The position numbers were made by a program, and so were the translations under genes. The notes under the pieces were generated by a model. It had not been told where the DNA came from and did not search any database. It saw nothing but the letters and a program-made list of their open reading frames with translations. This document shows positions 43,738-52,495 of a DNA stretch of 64,000 nt, piece after piece. Each line of letters begins with the position of its first letter. Position 1 is the stretch's first letter. The DNA lies in assembly GCA_031458695.1 (NCBI GenBank), contig JAVKJW010000008.1:21100-85099 (forward strand), written 5' to 3'. This DNA comes from Candidatus Thermofontivivens primus. Its GTDB lineage: Bacteria; Sysuimicrobiota; Sysuimicrobiia; Sysuimicrobiales; Thermofontiviventaceae.

Positions 43738-44673
43738 TTACCGCCCTCGCAGCCGTGGATCGAGGACGTCCCGGATTCCGTCCCCCAGGAGGTTGAAGCC
43801 CAGCACCACCAGAGAGATCGCCAGGCCAGGGAAGGTAGAAAGCCACCACTGCCCGGGGATGTAGTTGCGCCCCTCGGAGATCATCAGCCCCCACTCTGGT
43901 GTCGGTGGTTGCGCGCCGAAGCCGATAAACCCCAGGCCTGCCGCGGTGAGGATGATCCCGCCCATGTCGAGACTCACCTGGATGATGACGGGGCTCACGA
44001 CGCCGGGAAGGATATGCCGCAGCAGGATGCGAGAGGTGCTGGCTCCCACTGCCTGGGCGGCCTCCACGTAAACCTCCTCCCGGATGGCCATCGTGACGCT
44101 CCGTGCCAGACGAGCGTACGTGGGCCATCCGGCAAGGGCGATGGCGATGACTACGTTCTCAAGTGTAGGGCGGAGGGCAGCGGCGATGGCCATGGCAAGG
44201 ACAAGCCTGGGGAATGCCATGAACATATCGGTGACGCGCATCAGCAGATCATCCACACGGCCGCGGAAGTACCCGGAGAAGATCCCTACTGGGAACCCAA
44301 TGACCGTCGAGATCAACGCTGTCAGGATGGCGATGCGCAGGGAGATGCGCGCACCATACAGGACGCGGCTGAAGACATCGCGTCCCAGCTGGTCGGTACC
44401 AAAGAGATGGTGGCTGCTCGGGGGCGCCAGGCGATTGGCAATATCGGTGCGCAGGGGATCGTAGGGGGCGAGGAGGGGAGCCAGTGCGGCGACGCAGATG
44501 AGGAGGCCAATGATCGCGAGGCCAGCAAGGGAGAGCGGGTTGCGCAGCGTCCTCCAGGCGAGGCGCAGGGTCCGGACCCGCTCCTGCCGAAGACGTGCGG
44601 CCATCGCCGCCTCCATCCACACTGTGGCAGGGGTTTTTGCCTCCGCTGGTTCCATCGGGATCGGTTCACGCAT
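43738..44673 (-). CDS. Peptide/nickel ABC permease (DppC-like)
   Basis: GTDQLGRD, YVEAAQAVG and PPTPEWG motifs. Confidence 0.92.
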   Translation of the reverse strand: MREPIPMEPAEAKTPATVWMEAAMAARLRQERVRTLRLAWRTLRNPLSLAGLAIIGLLICVAALAPLLAPYDPLRTDIANRLAPPSSHHLFGTDQLGRDVFSRVLYGARISLRIAILTALISTVIGFPVGIFSGYFRGRVDDLLMRVTDMFMAFPRLVLAMAIAAALRPTLENVVIAIALAGWPTYARLARSVTMAIREEVYVEAAQAVGASTSRILLRHILPGVVSPVIIQVSLDMGGIILTAAGLGFIGFGAQPPTPEWGLMISEGRNYIPGQWWLSTFPGLAISLVVLGFNLLGDGIRDVLDPRLRGR

Positions 44674-44676
44674 AGC

Positions 44677-45684
44677 TTATTCGTACCGGATCTTTGGATT
44701 GAGGAACGCGTAGGCCAGGTCTACAGCTAAGTTGGCGAACGAGAAGATCAGGGCAATGAGGATCGTCACCCCCATGATCGCAGCGAAGTCCTGGGAGAGA
44801 ATGGCGCTTGTTGCGTATCGCCCGAGCCCTGGCCAGGCGAAGACCGTTTCAGTGAGGACGGCCCCTTCTAAGAGGCTCCCGTAGTAGATCCCAATCACGG
44901 TAATAATGGGTAACAGTGCATTCTTGAGGGCATGCCGTAGGATCACGATCCGCTCAGGCAGCCCTTTGGCACGTGCGGTCTTGATGTACTCCTGCCCGAG
45001 AACCTCCAGCATGCTGGCACGGGTGATGCGAGCGATTCCTACCATCGCATGGGAACCGAGGACGAAGGCGGGGAGTACCAGGTGCCGGAGCGCGTTGCGA
45101 AAGACCTCGAAGTCCCTGGCGATCAGGGCATCCACGGTGATGAGCCCGGTCACCCAGGGAGGCCGGAGGAGATAGACATCGATTTGCCCAGGTCCTGGTA
45201 GCCAGCCAAGGTTATAGTAAAAGATCAGGAGGGCGATCAACCCCAACCAGAATACAGGCATGGAGAGCCCTATGAGTGAGACGAACCGGACGAGGTGATC
45301 GAGCCAGCTTCCCCTGGAGATTGCCGAAAGAATACCCACTGCTAAGCCTGCGGCAACTCCCACAAGGATCGAGGCGGTGGCCAACTCGACCGTAGCAGGG
45401 AAGAATTCCTTCAGGTCCTGGAGGACAGGGCGATGGGTGGCCAGCGACTGGCCGAAGTCCCCTTGCGCAAGCCGCCTGAGGTACAGGAGGAACTGCTCGG
45501 GGATTGGACGGTCAAGGCCCCAGCGGTGACGCAGTTCTTCGATGACGTCCTCAGGAGCTTGCGGCCCCAGGATCGCTGCCACAGGATCTCCCGGCACAAT
45601 ATGCGAGAGGAAGAAGGTGATTACGAGGACGCCGAAGATGGCAACGGCAGCTAGGAGAAGACGGCGGGCAACGTAGGCTCCCAT
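44677..45684 (-). CDS. Peptide/nickel ABC permease (DppB-like)
   Basis: PGDP, YIKTARAKG and ETVFAWPGLG motifs. Confidence 0.92.
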   Translation of the reverse strand: MGAYVARRLLLAAVAIFGVLVITFFLSHIVPGDPVAAILGPQAPEDVIEELRHRWGLDRPIPEQFLLYLRRLAQGDFGQSLATHRPVLQDLKEFFPATVELATASILVGVAAGLAVGILSAISRGSWLDHLVRFVSLIGLSMPVFWLGLIALLIFYYNLGWLPGPGQIDVYLLRPPWVTGLITVDALIARDFEVFRNALRHLVLPAFVLGSHAMVGIARITRASMLEVLGQEYIKTARAKGLPERIVILRHALKNALLPIITVIGIYYGSLLEGAVLTETVFAWPGLGRYATSAILSQDFAAIMGVTILIALIFSFANLAVDLAYAFLNPKIRYE

Positions 45685-45692
45685 AAGGAGTC

Positions 45693-45717
45693 AGGGGGGC
45701 GAGTGTATCGCCCCCCT
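45693..45717. other. Hairpin between the peptide SBP and permease genes
   Basis: AGGGGGGCGA / TCGCCCCCCT 10-bp stem. Confidence 0.6.
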
Positions 45718-45721
45718 CGCG

Positions 45722-47284
45722 TTACTCCTTCCAGACCTCGAAGAGGTCGTAGGTCTCATACAGCGGCGATGGTTCCAGCCCTTTGACATTCGCACGCAAG
45801 GCGATCTGGCGGAGTGGGTATGCGAAGACGACGTAGGGACCCTCCTCAAGGGTGATCTTTTGGATCCGCTTGTACAACTCCTCGCGCTTCTTCCGGTCCA
45901 ACTCCCCTACGGCCTGTTTGACCAGCTGCTTCACCGGGTGATCCCACTGGTTGCGGTAGGCAAGTTGACGCATATCGAAGTCAGCGAATGCTTTGGCGAG
46001 ATTGTCCGGATCCGGGTAATCCGCTCCCCAGCGGGCGATGACCATCTGGTGCTTTTGGGCTCGGTAGATCCCCAGGAGGTCCGCAGAACGGAGCTGTTTG
46101 ACTTCGACATCGATGCCGATGGCCGCAAGGTCCTCTTTGATCTTCGCCGCCACATCTGGGAGCGGTGGGTCAGGCACCGTTAAGAGCTCCGCCTTGAACC
46201 CCCGCTCATAGCCAGCCTCTCGCATAAGCGAACGAGCCCGTTCCACGTTCTTCCGGTAGGGCCGCTCAGGGAGGTGGCCAAACATGCGAGCTGGTACAAT
46301 GGTCTGCCCAGGATCGATCGCGTCCTCCCAGATCCGCTTGATGGCATCGTAGTCGATGGCCCACTTGACGGCGTTGCGTACCTGGACCTTGCTGAAGGGC
46401 TCGTAGCCCACGTTCATCGCCAGGTACCGGAGGGAGAAGGTGGGGCTGCTCTTCACGATGATGTCCTTTCGTCCTGCCAGTTCCCTGTACTGACGCGGGA
46501 GGAGGCTCATGGCTGCGTCGATATCCCCGCGCTGGAGCGCAAGGAGTTGGGTGGTGGGCTCGGGCATCTCGAGCAAGATGATTCGGTTGAGCTTCGGCCG
46601 CCCGCGCCAGTATTCCGGGAAAGCTTCGAGATCGATGCGGACGTTGCGTCGCCAGGACCGGAGGATGAAGGGCCCGGAGCCCGCATCGTTGGTGCTGAGC
46701 CATTTGTTGGCCATAGGATCATCGGGGGTGGCATTCTTCTGGATCAAGGCGGGATCCACGATGCCGGTCACTGGGTTCGCCAGGACCGAGGCCATCATGG
46801 TCTCCGGCATGGGCTGGTTAAAGGTGATCTGGACCTGGTCGCGGCCAATCGCCACCACGTCCTCAGGTTTGTCGATGAAGCTCGTGACAATGAAGGAGGG
46901 GGTCAGTTTGAGGCGGAACACGCGGCGGATGGAGAACTCTACTGCCTTGGCATCCACAGGGTTACCACTGTGGAACTTCACGCCGCTGCGGAGCCGAAAG
47001 GTATAGGTCTTGCCGTCTGGAGAGACTGTCCAGGACCGGGCAAGCATAGGAACGGCGCGAGAGAAGTCCTTACTGAAATCCACAAGGGTGTCGTACACCT
47101 GCTTATCCACCCAAACCGAGGTGAACTCGAACGCCTGGGCGGGGTCGAGGCTGACCGCATCGGAGATCAGCCTGCCCAGGACCAGGAGGGTCTTTGCCAC
47201 CTGCCCGTTGACGTTGGGAACCCACCCGGTCACGAGCAGGGCCAGGGTGACCAGGACGACGAGCATACATCTGCTCCGGTTCAT
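45722..47284 (-). CDS. Peptide ABC substrate-binding protein (family 5)
   Basis: Signal peptide; SLDPA, GSGPF and WGADYPDP motifs. Confidence 0.92.
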   Translation of the reverse strand: MNRSRCMLVVLVTLALLVTGWVPNVNGQVAKTLLVLGRLISDAVSLDPAQAFEFTSVWVDKQVYDTLVDFSKDFSRAVPMLARSWTVSPDGKTYTFRLRSGVKFHSGNPVDAKAVEFSIRRVFRLKLTPSFIVTSFIDKPEDVVAIGRDQVQITFNQPMPETMMASVLANPVTGIVDPALIQKNATPDDPMANKWLSTNDAGSGPFILRSWRRNVRIDLEAFPEYWRGRPKLNRIILLEMPEPTTQLLALQRGDIDAAMSLLPRQYRELAGRKDIIVKSSPTFSLRYLAMNVGYEPFSKVQVRNAVKWAIDYDAIKRIWEDAIDPGQTIVPARMFGHLPERPYRKNVERARSLMREAGYERGFKAELLTVPDPPLPDVAAKIKEDLAAIGIDVEVKQLRSADLLGIYRAQKHQMVIARWGADYPDPDNLAKAFADFDMRQLAYRNQWDHPVKQLVKQAVGELDRKKREELYKRIQKITLEEGPYVVFAYPLRQIALRANVKGLEPSPLYETYDLFEVWKE

Positions 47285-47461
47285 CGTGCCGCCTCCCCGA
47301 GGGTGGAATAGTCTTATCTTAGAAATACTTCCTCATTGCCGCCGGAGCTCCTGCTCCTCACACATGGCAAAAGTCTTTCCCATGGGCCCCCAACGAAATC
47401 TTGTCTTGTAGGGAATTCCAGGGATCAACATTCCGGGCTAAGAAACAGCAGGAAAGAGCTT

Positions 47462-48166
47462 CTACAATCCTAAGTAGGCTTTGCGCACAAGGTCGGTGTG
47501 GAGCAGCTCTGATCCTGTCCCCGTGGCCACAATGCGGCCGGTCTGGAGGACATATCCACGGTGAGCGATCTCCAGGGCCTCGCGCACGCGCTGCTCCACG
47601 AGGAGCACAGTCACGCCCTGTCGGTTGATCTCCTGGATCGCTTGGAGGATCCGTGCCGTGAGCTTGGGCATCAACCCGAGGGAAGGCTCGTCCAACATCA
47701 GGAGCCGGGGCCTGGACATAAGGGCCCGGCCGATGGCCAGCATCTGCTGCTCTCCTCCGGAGAGGGTCCCAGCCCGCTGGCCTGCTCGCTCGTGGAGCAC
47801 CGGGAAAAGGGAGAAGACGAAATCTAGCCTCTCCCTCCTCGCGACGGGATCCCGGTTTGTGTATGCACCGAGGATAAGGTTGTCAAGGACGCTGAGGCGG
47901 CCAAAGATCCGTCGCCCCTCCGGTACGAGGGAGATTCCCAGGTGGACGATCTGGTTCGCTGGGAGCCTGTCGATGCGGCGTCCTTCAAACCAGATCTCCC
48001 CCGCGACAGGCCGGAGGATGCCGGAGACGGTGCGGAGAAGGGTACTCTTCCCGGCCCCGTTGGCTCCGATGATCGAGACGATCTCTCCTTCCCCAACGTG
48101 AAAACTGACCTCGACAACTGCAGGGACGTCGTCGTAAGCGACAGTGATGTTCTTAACCTGCAACAT
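47462..48166 (-). CDS. livF: Branched-chain amino acid ABC ATPase
   Basis: GANGAGKS, LSGGEQQM and DEPSLGL motifs. Confidence 0.9.
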   Translation of the reverse strand: MLQVKNITVAYDDVPAVVEVSFHVGEGEIVSIIGANGAGKSTLLRTVSGILRPVAGEIWFEGRRIDRLPANQIVHLGISLVPEGRRIFGRLSVLDNLILGAYTNRDPVARRERLDFVFSLFPVLHERAGQRAGTLSGGEQQMLAIGRALMSRPRLLMLDEPSLGLMPKLTARILQAIQEINRQGVTVLLVEQRVREALEIAHRGYVLQTGRIVATGTGSELLHTDLVRKAYLGL

Positions 48167-48884
48167 GGTACCTTTCCCCGAGGTAGGCCTTAATGACTTC
48201 CTCGTTGGTGGCGATGTTTGCCGGGACGTCGTCGGCGATCTTCCGGCCGTAATCCAGCACGATGATCCGGTCACACACGGTCATGATAGCCTCCATCACG
48301 TGTTCCACTACAAACACCGTGATTCCCCTCTCCCGGATAGCGCGGATGAGATCCACCGCCTCTTTGATCTCCTGGGGGTTGAGCCCGGCCATCGTCTCAT
48401 CGAGGAGGAGGAGCACTGGATCTGTAGCGAGGGCACGGCTGAGCTCTAGGCGCTTCTTGTCTGCAATGGTGAGGTGCGCAGCCAGACGGTCCATCTTATC
48501 CTTGAGGCCTGTAAACTCCAAGATCTGCACAGCTTTCTTTTTTGCTTCCTGAACACTCCGCGTCCGGAGAAGCGCCCCGACGATAGTATTGTCCAGCACG
48601 GTGAGATCTTTGAAGATGCGCACGATCTGGAAAGTACGGGCGATTCCATGCTGGGCGATCTCCTCAGGAGATTTCCCTGTGATCTCCTGCCCCCGGAGGA
48701 AGATCCTTCCACCATCTGGGGTATAAAACCCAGAGATACAGTGGAAGAGCGTCGTCTTCCCCGCTCCGTTCGGGCCAATGAGACCAAGGATCTCTCCCTC
48801 TTGCACCTCTAGGGAGATCCGGTCATTGGCTACCAGGCCCCCGAACCGTTTGCTCACCTCTTCGAGCCGCAGCAAGGCGGGCAT
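48153..48884 (-). CDS. livG: Branched-chain amino acid ABC ATPase
   Basis: GPNGAGKT, ARTFQ and AYLG motifs. Confidence 0.9.
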   Translation of the reverse strand: MPALLRLEEVSKRFGGLVANDRISLEVQEGEILGLIGPNGAGKTTLFHCISGFYTPDGGRIFLRGQEITGKSPEEIAQHGIARTFQIVRIFKDLTVLDNTIVGALLRTRSVQEAKKKAVQILEFTGLKDKMDRLAAHLTIADKKRLELSRALATDPVLLLLDETMAGLNPQEIKEAVDLIRAIRERGITVFVVEHVMEAIMTVCDRIIVLDYGRKIADDVPANIATNEEVIKAYLGERYHVAG

Positions 48885-49905
48885 AGGAAACCCTCACCTC
48901 CAGGGCGCGCTGGATCCTTCTCCATAAGCCAATGAGTCCTGTAGGCTCAAATACCGACATTAAGACGATCAACGCTCCATATACAATCAAGTCGAACGCC
49001 CTTCCCGCGCCGCCCATTCCAGCTAGGTAGACCCTTGTCCCCTCAGAGAGAGGGATGAGCACCAGGGCTCCCAGGATCGGCCCCCACAGGGTTCCCACTC
49101 CCCCAAGGACGGCCACGAGGCAGATGATCACCGAGAGCATCAGGGGCAAGACGCTCTCAGGATCGATGTACAGCACGTACTGGGCATAGAATGTGCCTCC
49201 CATCGCTGTGAACGCCCCGCTGATCGCCAGGGCCAAGAGCTTGTAGCGGTGGATGGGGATCCCTAGGCTGCGGGCTGCATCAGGATCAGCCTTGATAGCC
49301 CGGAAGTAGTACCCTGCACGGGACCGTTCCAGGAACCAGGTGGTGGTCGTGACGGCCAGGAGAAGGAGCAGGCTGATGTAGTAATAGGGGACCTTGGTGG
49401 TGTGGAACTCAAAGGTCCGTAGCCCCTCTGGAAGGAGAGGTACGTACAAGCCTACAGCACCACCCGCGAAAGGCCAGTTCGTCACCAGCACCCTGGCAAT
49501 TTCCCCCACGGCGATGGTGGCGATGGCGAAGTAGTGCCCGGCAAGGCGGAAAGTGGGGTATCCGATGAGGAGCGTGGCAACCAGGGAGAGGAGGACGCCC
49601 ACAACCATGCCCAGCCATGGGGAAAGGTGCCAGTAAATCAGCAGGATTGTGGAGGTGTATGCTCCGATTCCAAAAAAGACGGCATGCCCAAGGGAGATCT
49701 GCCCGCAGTAGCCTCCGAGGATATTCCAGGCCTGAGCGAGGGCAGCGAACAGGAAGATCCGGATCATCAGGTGCTGAGGGAAAGGTCCCGTGAACACAAA
49801 GGGATAGCCCAGGAGGAAGGCGGCGAGAATCACACCAAGCAGGACCTTCCCCCATCTGGAGAGGTTCTCCGAGATTGACCTGCGCGCAAGCTCCTGGGTC
49901 ACCAC
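48823..49905 (-). CDS. livM: Branched-chain amino acid ABC permease
   Basis: GQISLGHA, YFAIAT and GGVGTLWGP motifs. Confidence 0.88.
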   Translation of the reverse strand: MVTQELARRSISENLSRWGKVLLGVILAAFLLGYPFVFTGPFPQHLMIRIFLFAALAQAWNILGGYCGQISLGHAVFFGIGAYTSTILLIYWHLSPWLGMVVGVLLSLVATLLIGYPTFRLAGHYFAIATIAVGEIARVLVTNWPFAGGAVGLYVPLLPEGLRTFEFHTTKVPYYYISLLLLLAVTTTTWFLERSRAGYYFRAIKADPDAARSLGIPIHRYKLLALAISGAFTAMGGTFYAQYVLYIDPESVLPLMLSVIICLVAVLGGVGTLWGPILGALVLIPLSEGTRVYLAGMGGAGRAFDLIVYGALIVLMSVFEPTGLIGLWRRIQRALEVRVSYARLAAARRGEQTVRGPGSQ

Positions 49906-49937
49906 TCCCTCAACCCCTGCCCGGCTGGATTCAGTAC

Positions 49938-50795
49938 TTAATACCTTCCGAACAGCCCCTGGGGCCGGGTAAAGACCACAATAAGATACACAAGGAAGAC
50001 AAAAAGATACTTGTAAGCCGGCCCGATGAGAAGGCCTGAAAGAACCTCTACGAGGCCGATGATGATCCCTGCTACGAACGCTCCTGGGATGCTACCGAAC
50101 CCTCCCAGCGCGACAGCGACGTAAGCGATGAGGGCGAATGGGAATCCGACCTCTGGGAAGATGTAGTAAAAGTTGCTCAAAAGCACCCCTGCGATTCCCA
50201 CACAAGCCAGCCCGATCCCCCAACCCAGGGCGAACATGCGGTGGCTGTCGATCCCGACGAGGGCCGCCGCCTCCCTGTCCTCGCTCGTGGCCTGCAAGGC
50301 CCGTCCGGTCTCTGTTCTGGTCACGAAGAGGTAGAGCAGGGCAAAGGCGATGACAGCACCGAGGCTTGCGACCAGCTCTGGGATCCCTACGAACAGGCCG
50401 AGGATCTCTATCCTTCCCTTCACCAGGGGGGAGGGGACAAGGCGGAAGTCCGGGGACCAGAAGAACTGGGCGAGGCTCTGCAGGAAGACCCCCAATCCAA
50501 AGGTGGAAAAGATCTGCGCCAGCATCGGCGCACGCAAGACCCTGGCGATGATGAGCCAGTAGGTTGCAACGCCCAAAAGGAAGAGGACGATCGTCCACAG
50601 GGGGAGGGAGAAGAGGGGGTCCACTCCATAGAGCACAGCCAACCAATAAGCCCCGTACATGGCCAGCATGAGGAACTGGCCATGGGCGAAGTTGACGATC
50701 TCCATGAGGCCGAAGATAAGGCTCAGGCCAGCCGCGATCAACGCATAAACCAGCCCGAGAAGCACGCCATTCACAACGCTTTGAAGGAGGATCAC
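49938..50795 (-). CDS. livH: Branched-chain amino acid ABC permease
   Basis: GLSLIFG...VNFAHG and RPQGLFG motifs. Confidence 0.88.
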   Translation of the reverse strand: MILLQSVVNGVLLGLVYALIAAGLSLIFGLMEIVNFAHGQFLMLAMYGAYWLAVLYGVDPLFSLPLWTIVLFLLGVATYWLIIARVLRAPMLAQIFSTFGLGVFLQSLAQFFWSPDFRLVPSPLVKGRIEILGLFVGIPELVASLGAVIAFALLYLFVTRTETGRALQATSEDREAAALVGIDSHRMFALGWGIGLACVGIAGVLLSNFYYIFPEVGFPFALIAYVAVALGGFGSIPGAFVAGIIIGLVEVLSGLLIGPAYKYLFVFLVYLIVVFTRPQGLFGRY

Positions 50796-50855
50796 GTTCC
50801 CTTTGCGCGATAGTGTCCCGTTCGCAGTCTGGTGCGTTTTTCCACAGGGACCCTC

Positions 50856-52136
50856 TTACTTCCTCTCCCTCCACGTGGGCATTGGCCAGATTACATCCCG
50901 GGAGGCGAGATGCCAGGGCCAGACCGTCCAGTACTTGAGATCCTGGATCTGGACGATGATGCCACGGCCCAGGACGTTCTGCCCGTTCGCAGGGTCAAAC
51001 CGTACTCCCCCCCAGGGCATGATGATCTTGTCGCTGGTGAGGTAGGTTTCTAACAACGCCCTGCGAAGCGCTGAAGGTTCCGTGGACCCTGCTCTGTTGA
51101 TGGCATCTGCCAGGACGAACATCGCGGTGAACGATCGAGCCGAGGTCCCTTCCAGATCGTACCCGTACCGCTTCTTAAACATGTCGTTGACGATGCGGAC
51201 AATAGGCTTGCGTTGCCCAAGGTCAGCAGAGAAGACCTCCCGGCTGAAGATGTAGTTTCCATCCTTGCCCACGGTCTTGAGGAAGGCAGGATCGACATGC
51301 CCGGCGTCCATCGCGAGGATCGCCTGGGTGTTAAAGTCCAGCTTCTTCATGGTCTGCGTGTAGAGGATCGCATCAGAGATGTAGGAGGCCATGAAGACGA
51401 CGTCAGGGCGAGCCGCCTTCAGCCGCTGGACCTCGCTGGTGAGGTCCGTGGAGCGGGCCGGGTAGAGCATCTCGGTAACGACTTCGTAGCCGTATTCCTT
51501 GGCGTATTTCCGCTCGAACTTGCACACGTCCGTTCCCCAGAGGGTATTCTCGCAGACGAGGGCGACGGTGCGCACCTTGATCCCCTTCTTCTTCTCTAGG
51601 TCCTTGAGGAAGTCAAAGAAGTTTTTGCTCATAATGTCATCGTCAGGGGTGGCGCGGAAGAACCACTTGAATCCCCTCTGGATCAGGGTGGGAGAGGTAG
51701 AGTCTGGGTTGAGGAAGGGGACACCCAATCGCTCTGCCGCCATGCTGGCTGTGGCTGTCACAGCGCTCTGGTATGCCCCCACGACTGCGACAACTTTCTC
51801 CCCGGTAATCAAGCGCTCGGTCTCCGCCCGCCCGGTTTCTGGGGAGCCTTGGGTATCTCCAAAGATCACCCGGATCTTGGCCCCACCCAGGTTTGGAAGT
51901 CCCTCACTCTTGGCCAAGGGCAGGGCGAGGTCGTAGCGGTTGTTGATGATGTCCACGGCGAAGTCGATCCCATCCTTGGAAAGCTTGGCGGTGGAAGCGA
52001 GGGCGCCGGTCAGGGGGTACACGGCGCCGATCTTAATCTCCGTCACAGGCCCCGCGCCGAGCTGGGCCGGGATGACCAGCCCCGAGAGGAGGGCGGCCAG
52101 GACCAACCAGCGGTACCTTCGAAAGGTTCCTCTCAT
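50856..52136 (-). CDS. Branched-chain amino acid ABC substrate-binding protein
   Basis: Signal peptide; IKIGAVYPLTG; GAYQSAVT. Confidence 0.9.
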   Translation of the reverse strand: MRGTFRRYRWLVLAALLSGLVIPAQLGAGPVTEIKIGAVYPLTGALASTAKLSKDGIDFAVDIINNRYDLALPLAKSEGLPNLGGAKIRVIFGDTQGSPETGRAETERLITGEKVVAVVGAYQSAVTATASMAAERLGVPFLNPDSTSPTLIQRGFKWFFRATPDDDIMSKNFFDFLKDLEKKKGIKVRTVALVCENTLWGTDVCKFERKYAKEYGYEVVTEMLYPARSTDLTSEVQRLKAARPDVVFMASYISDAILYTQTMKKLDFNTQAILAMDAGHVDPAFLKTVGKDGNYIFSREVFSADLGQRKPIVRIVNDMFKKRYGYDLEGTSARSFTAMFVLADAINRAGSTEPSALRRALLETYLTSDKIIMPWGGVRFDPANGQNVLGRGIIVQIQDLKYWTVWPWHLASRDVIWPMPTWRERK

Positions 52137-52372
52137 GACTTCTCCCCCCTTTCCACATCGATCTCGACGAGCTTCCTCCTTCCTTTCCTCCCTGTGATGA
52201 TCCTCACCTGGGCGCGTGGGACTCCATAGTGGCGAGCAAGGAGCCGAACCACCGCCTCGTTCGCCCGGTTCTCTACCGGAGGAGCCTGGATGTAGACAAC
52301 AACGTAGCCCTCTCCGGCCTGGACGACCTTCTCCTCCCGCGCGCCTGGTTTTACAATCACAGGGACCTTCAT
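52133..52372 (-). CDS. DUF167/YggU family protein
   Basis: VKPGAR...APPVENRANEA...G...RRK; ATGA overlap with the SBP gene. Confidence 0.85.
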   Translation of the reverse strand: MKVPVIVKPGAREEKVVQAGEGYVVVYIQAPPVENRANEAVVRLLARHYGVPRAQVRIITGRKGRRKLVEIDVERGEKS

Positions 52373-52427
52373 AAATTATTTATTTTACGTAGCGTATGCA
52401 TCCTCCTACCTCCTCTCTCTTTGTTAG

Positions 52428-52436
52428 TGCTATAAT
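52428..52436 (+). promoter_or_regulatory. Extended -10 promoter of the hydantoinase operon
   Basis: TGCTATAAT about 60 nt upstream of the ATG. Confidence 0.6.
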
Positions 52437-52495
52437 CAAAGGCGCAAGTTTGTGCGCCTGCTCCAACATTTCATAGGTTCAAGGATCGCTCGATC

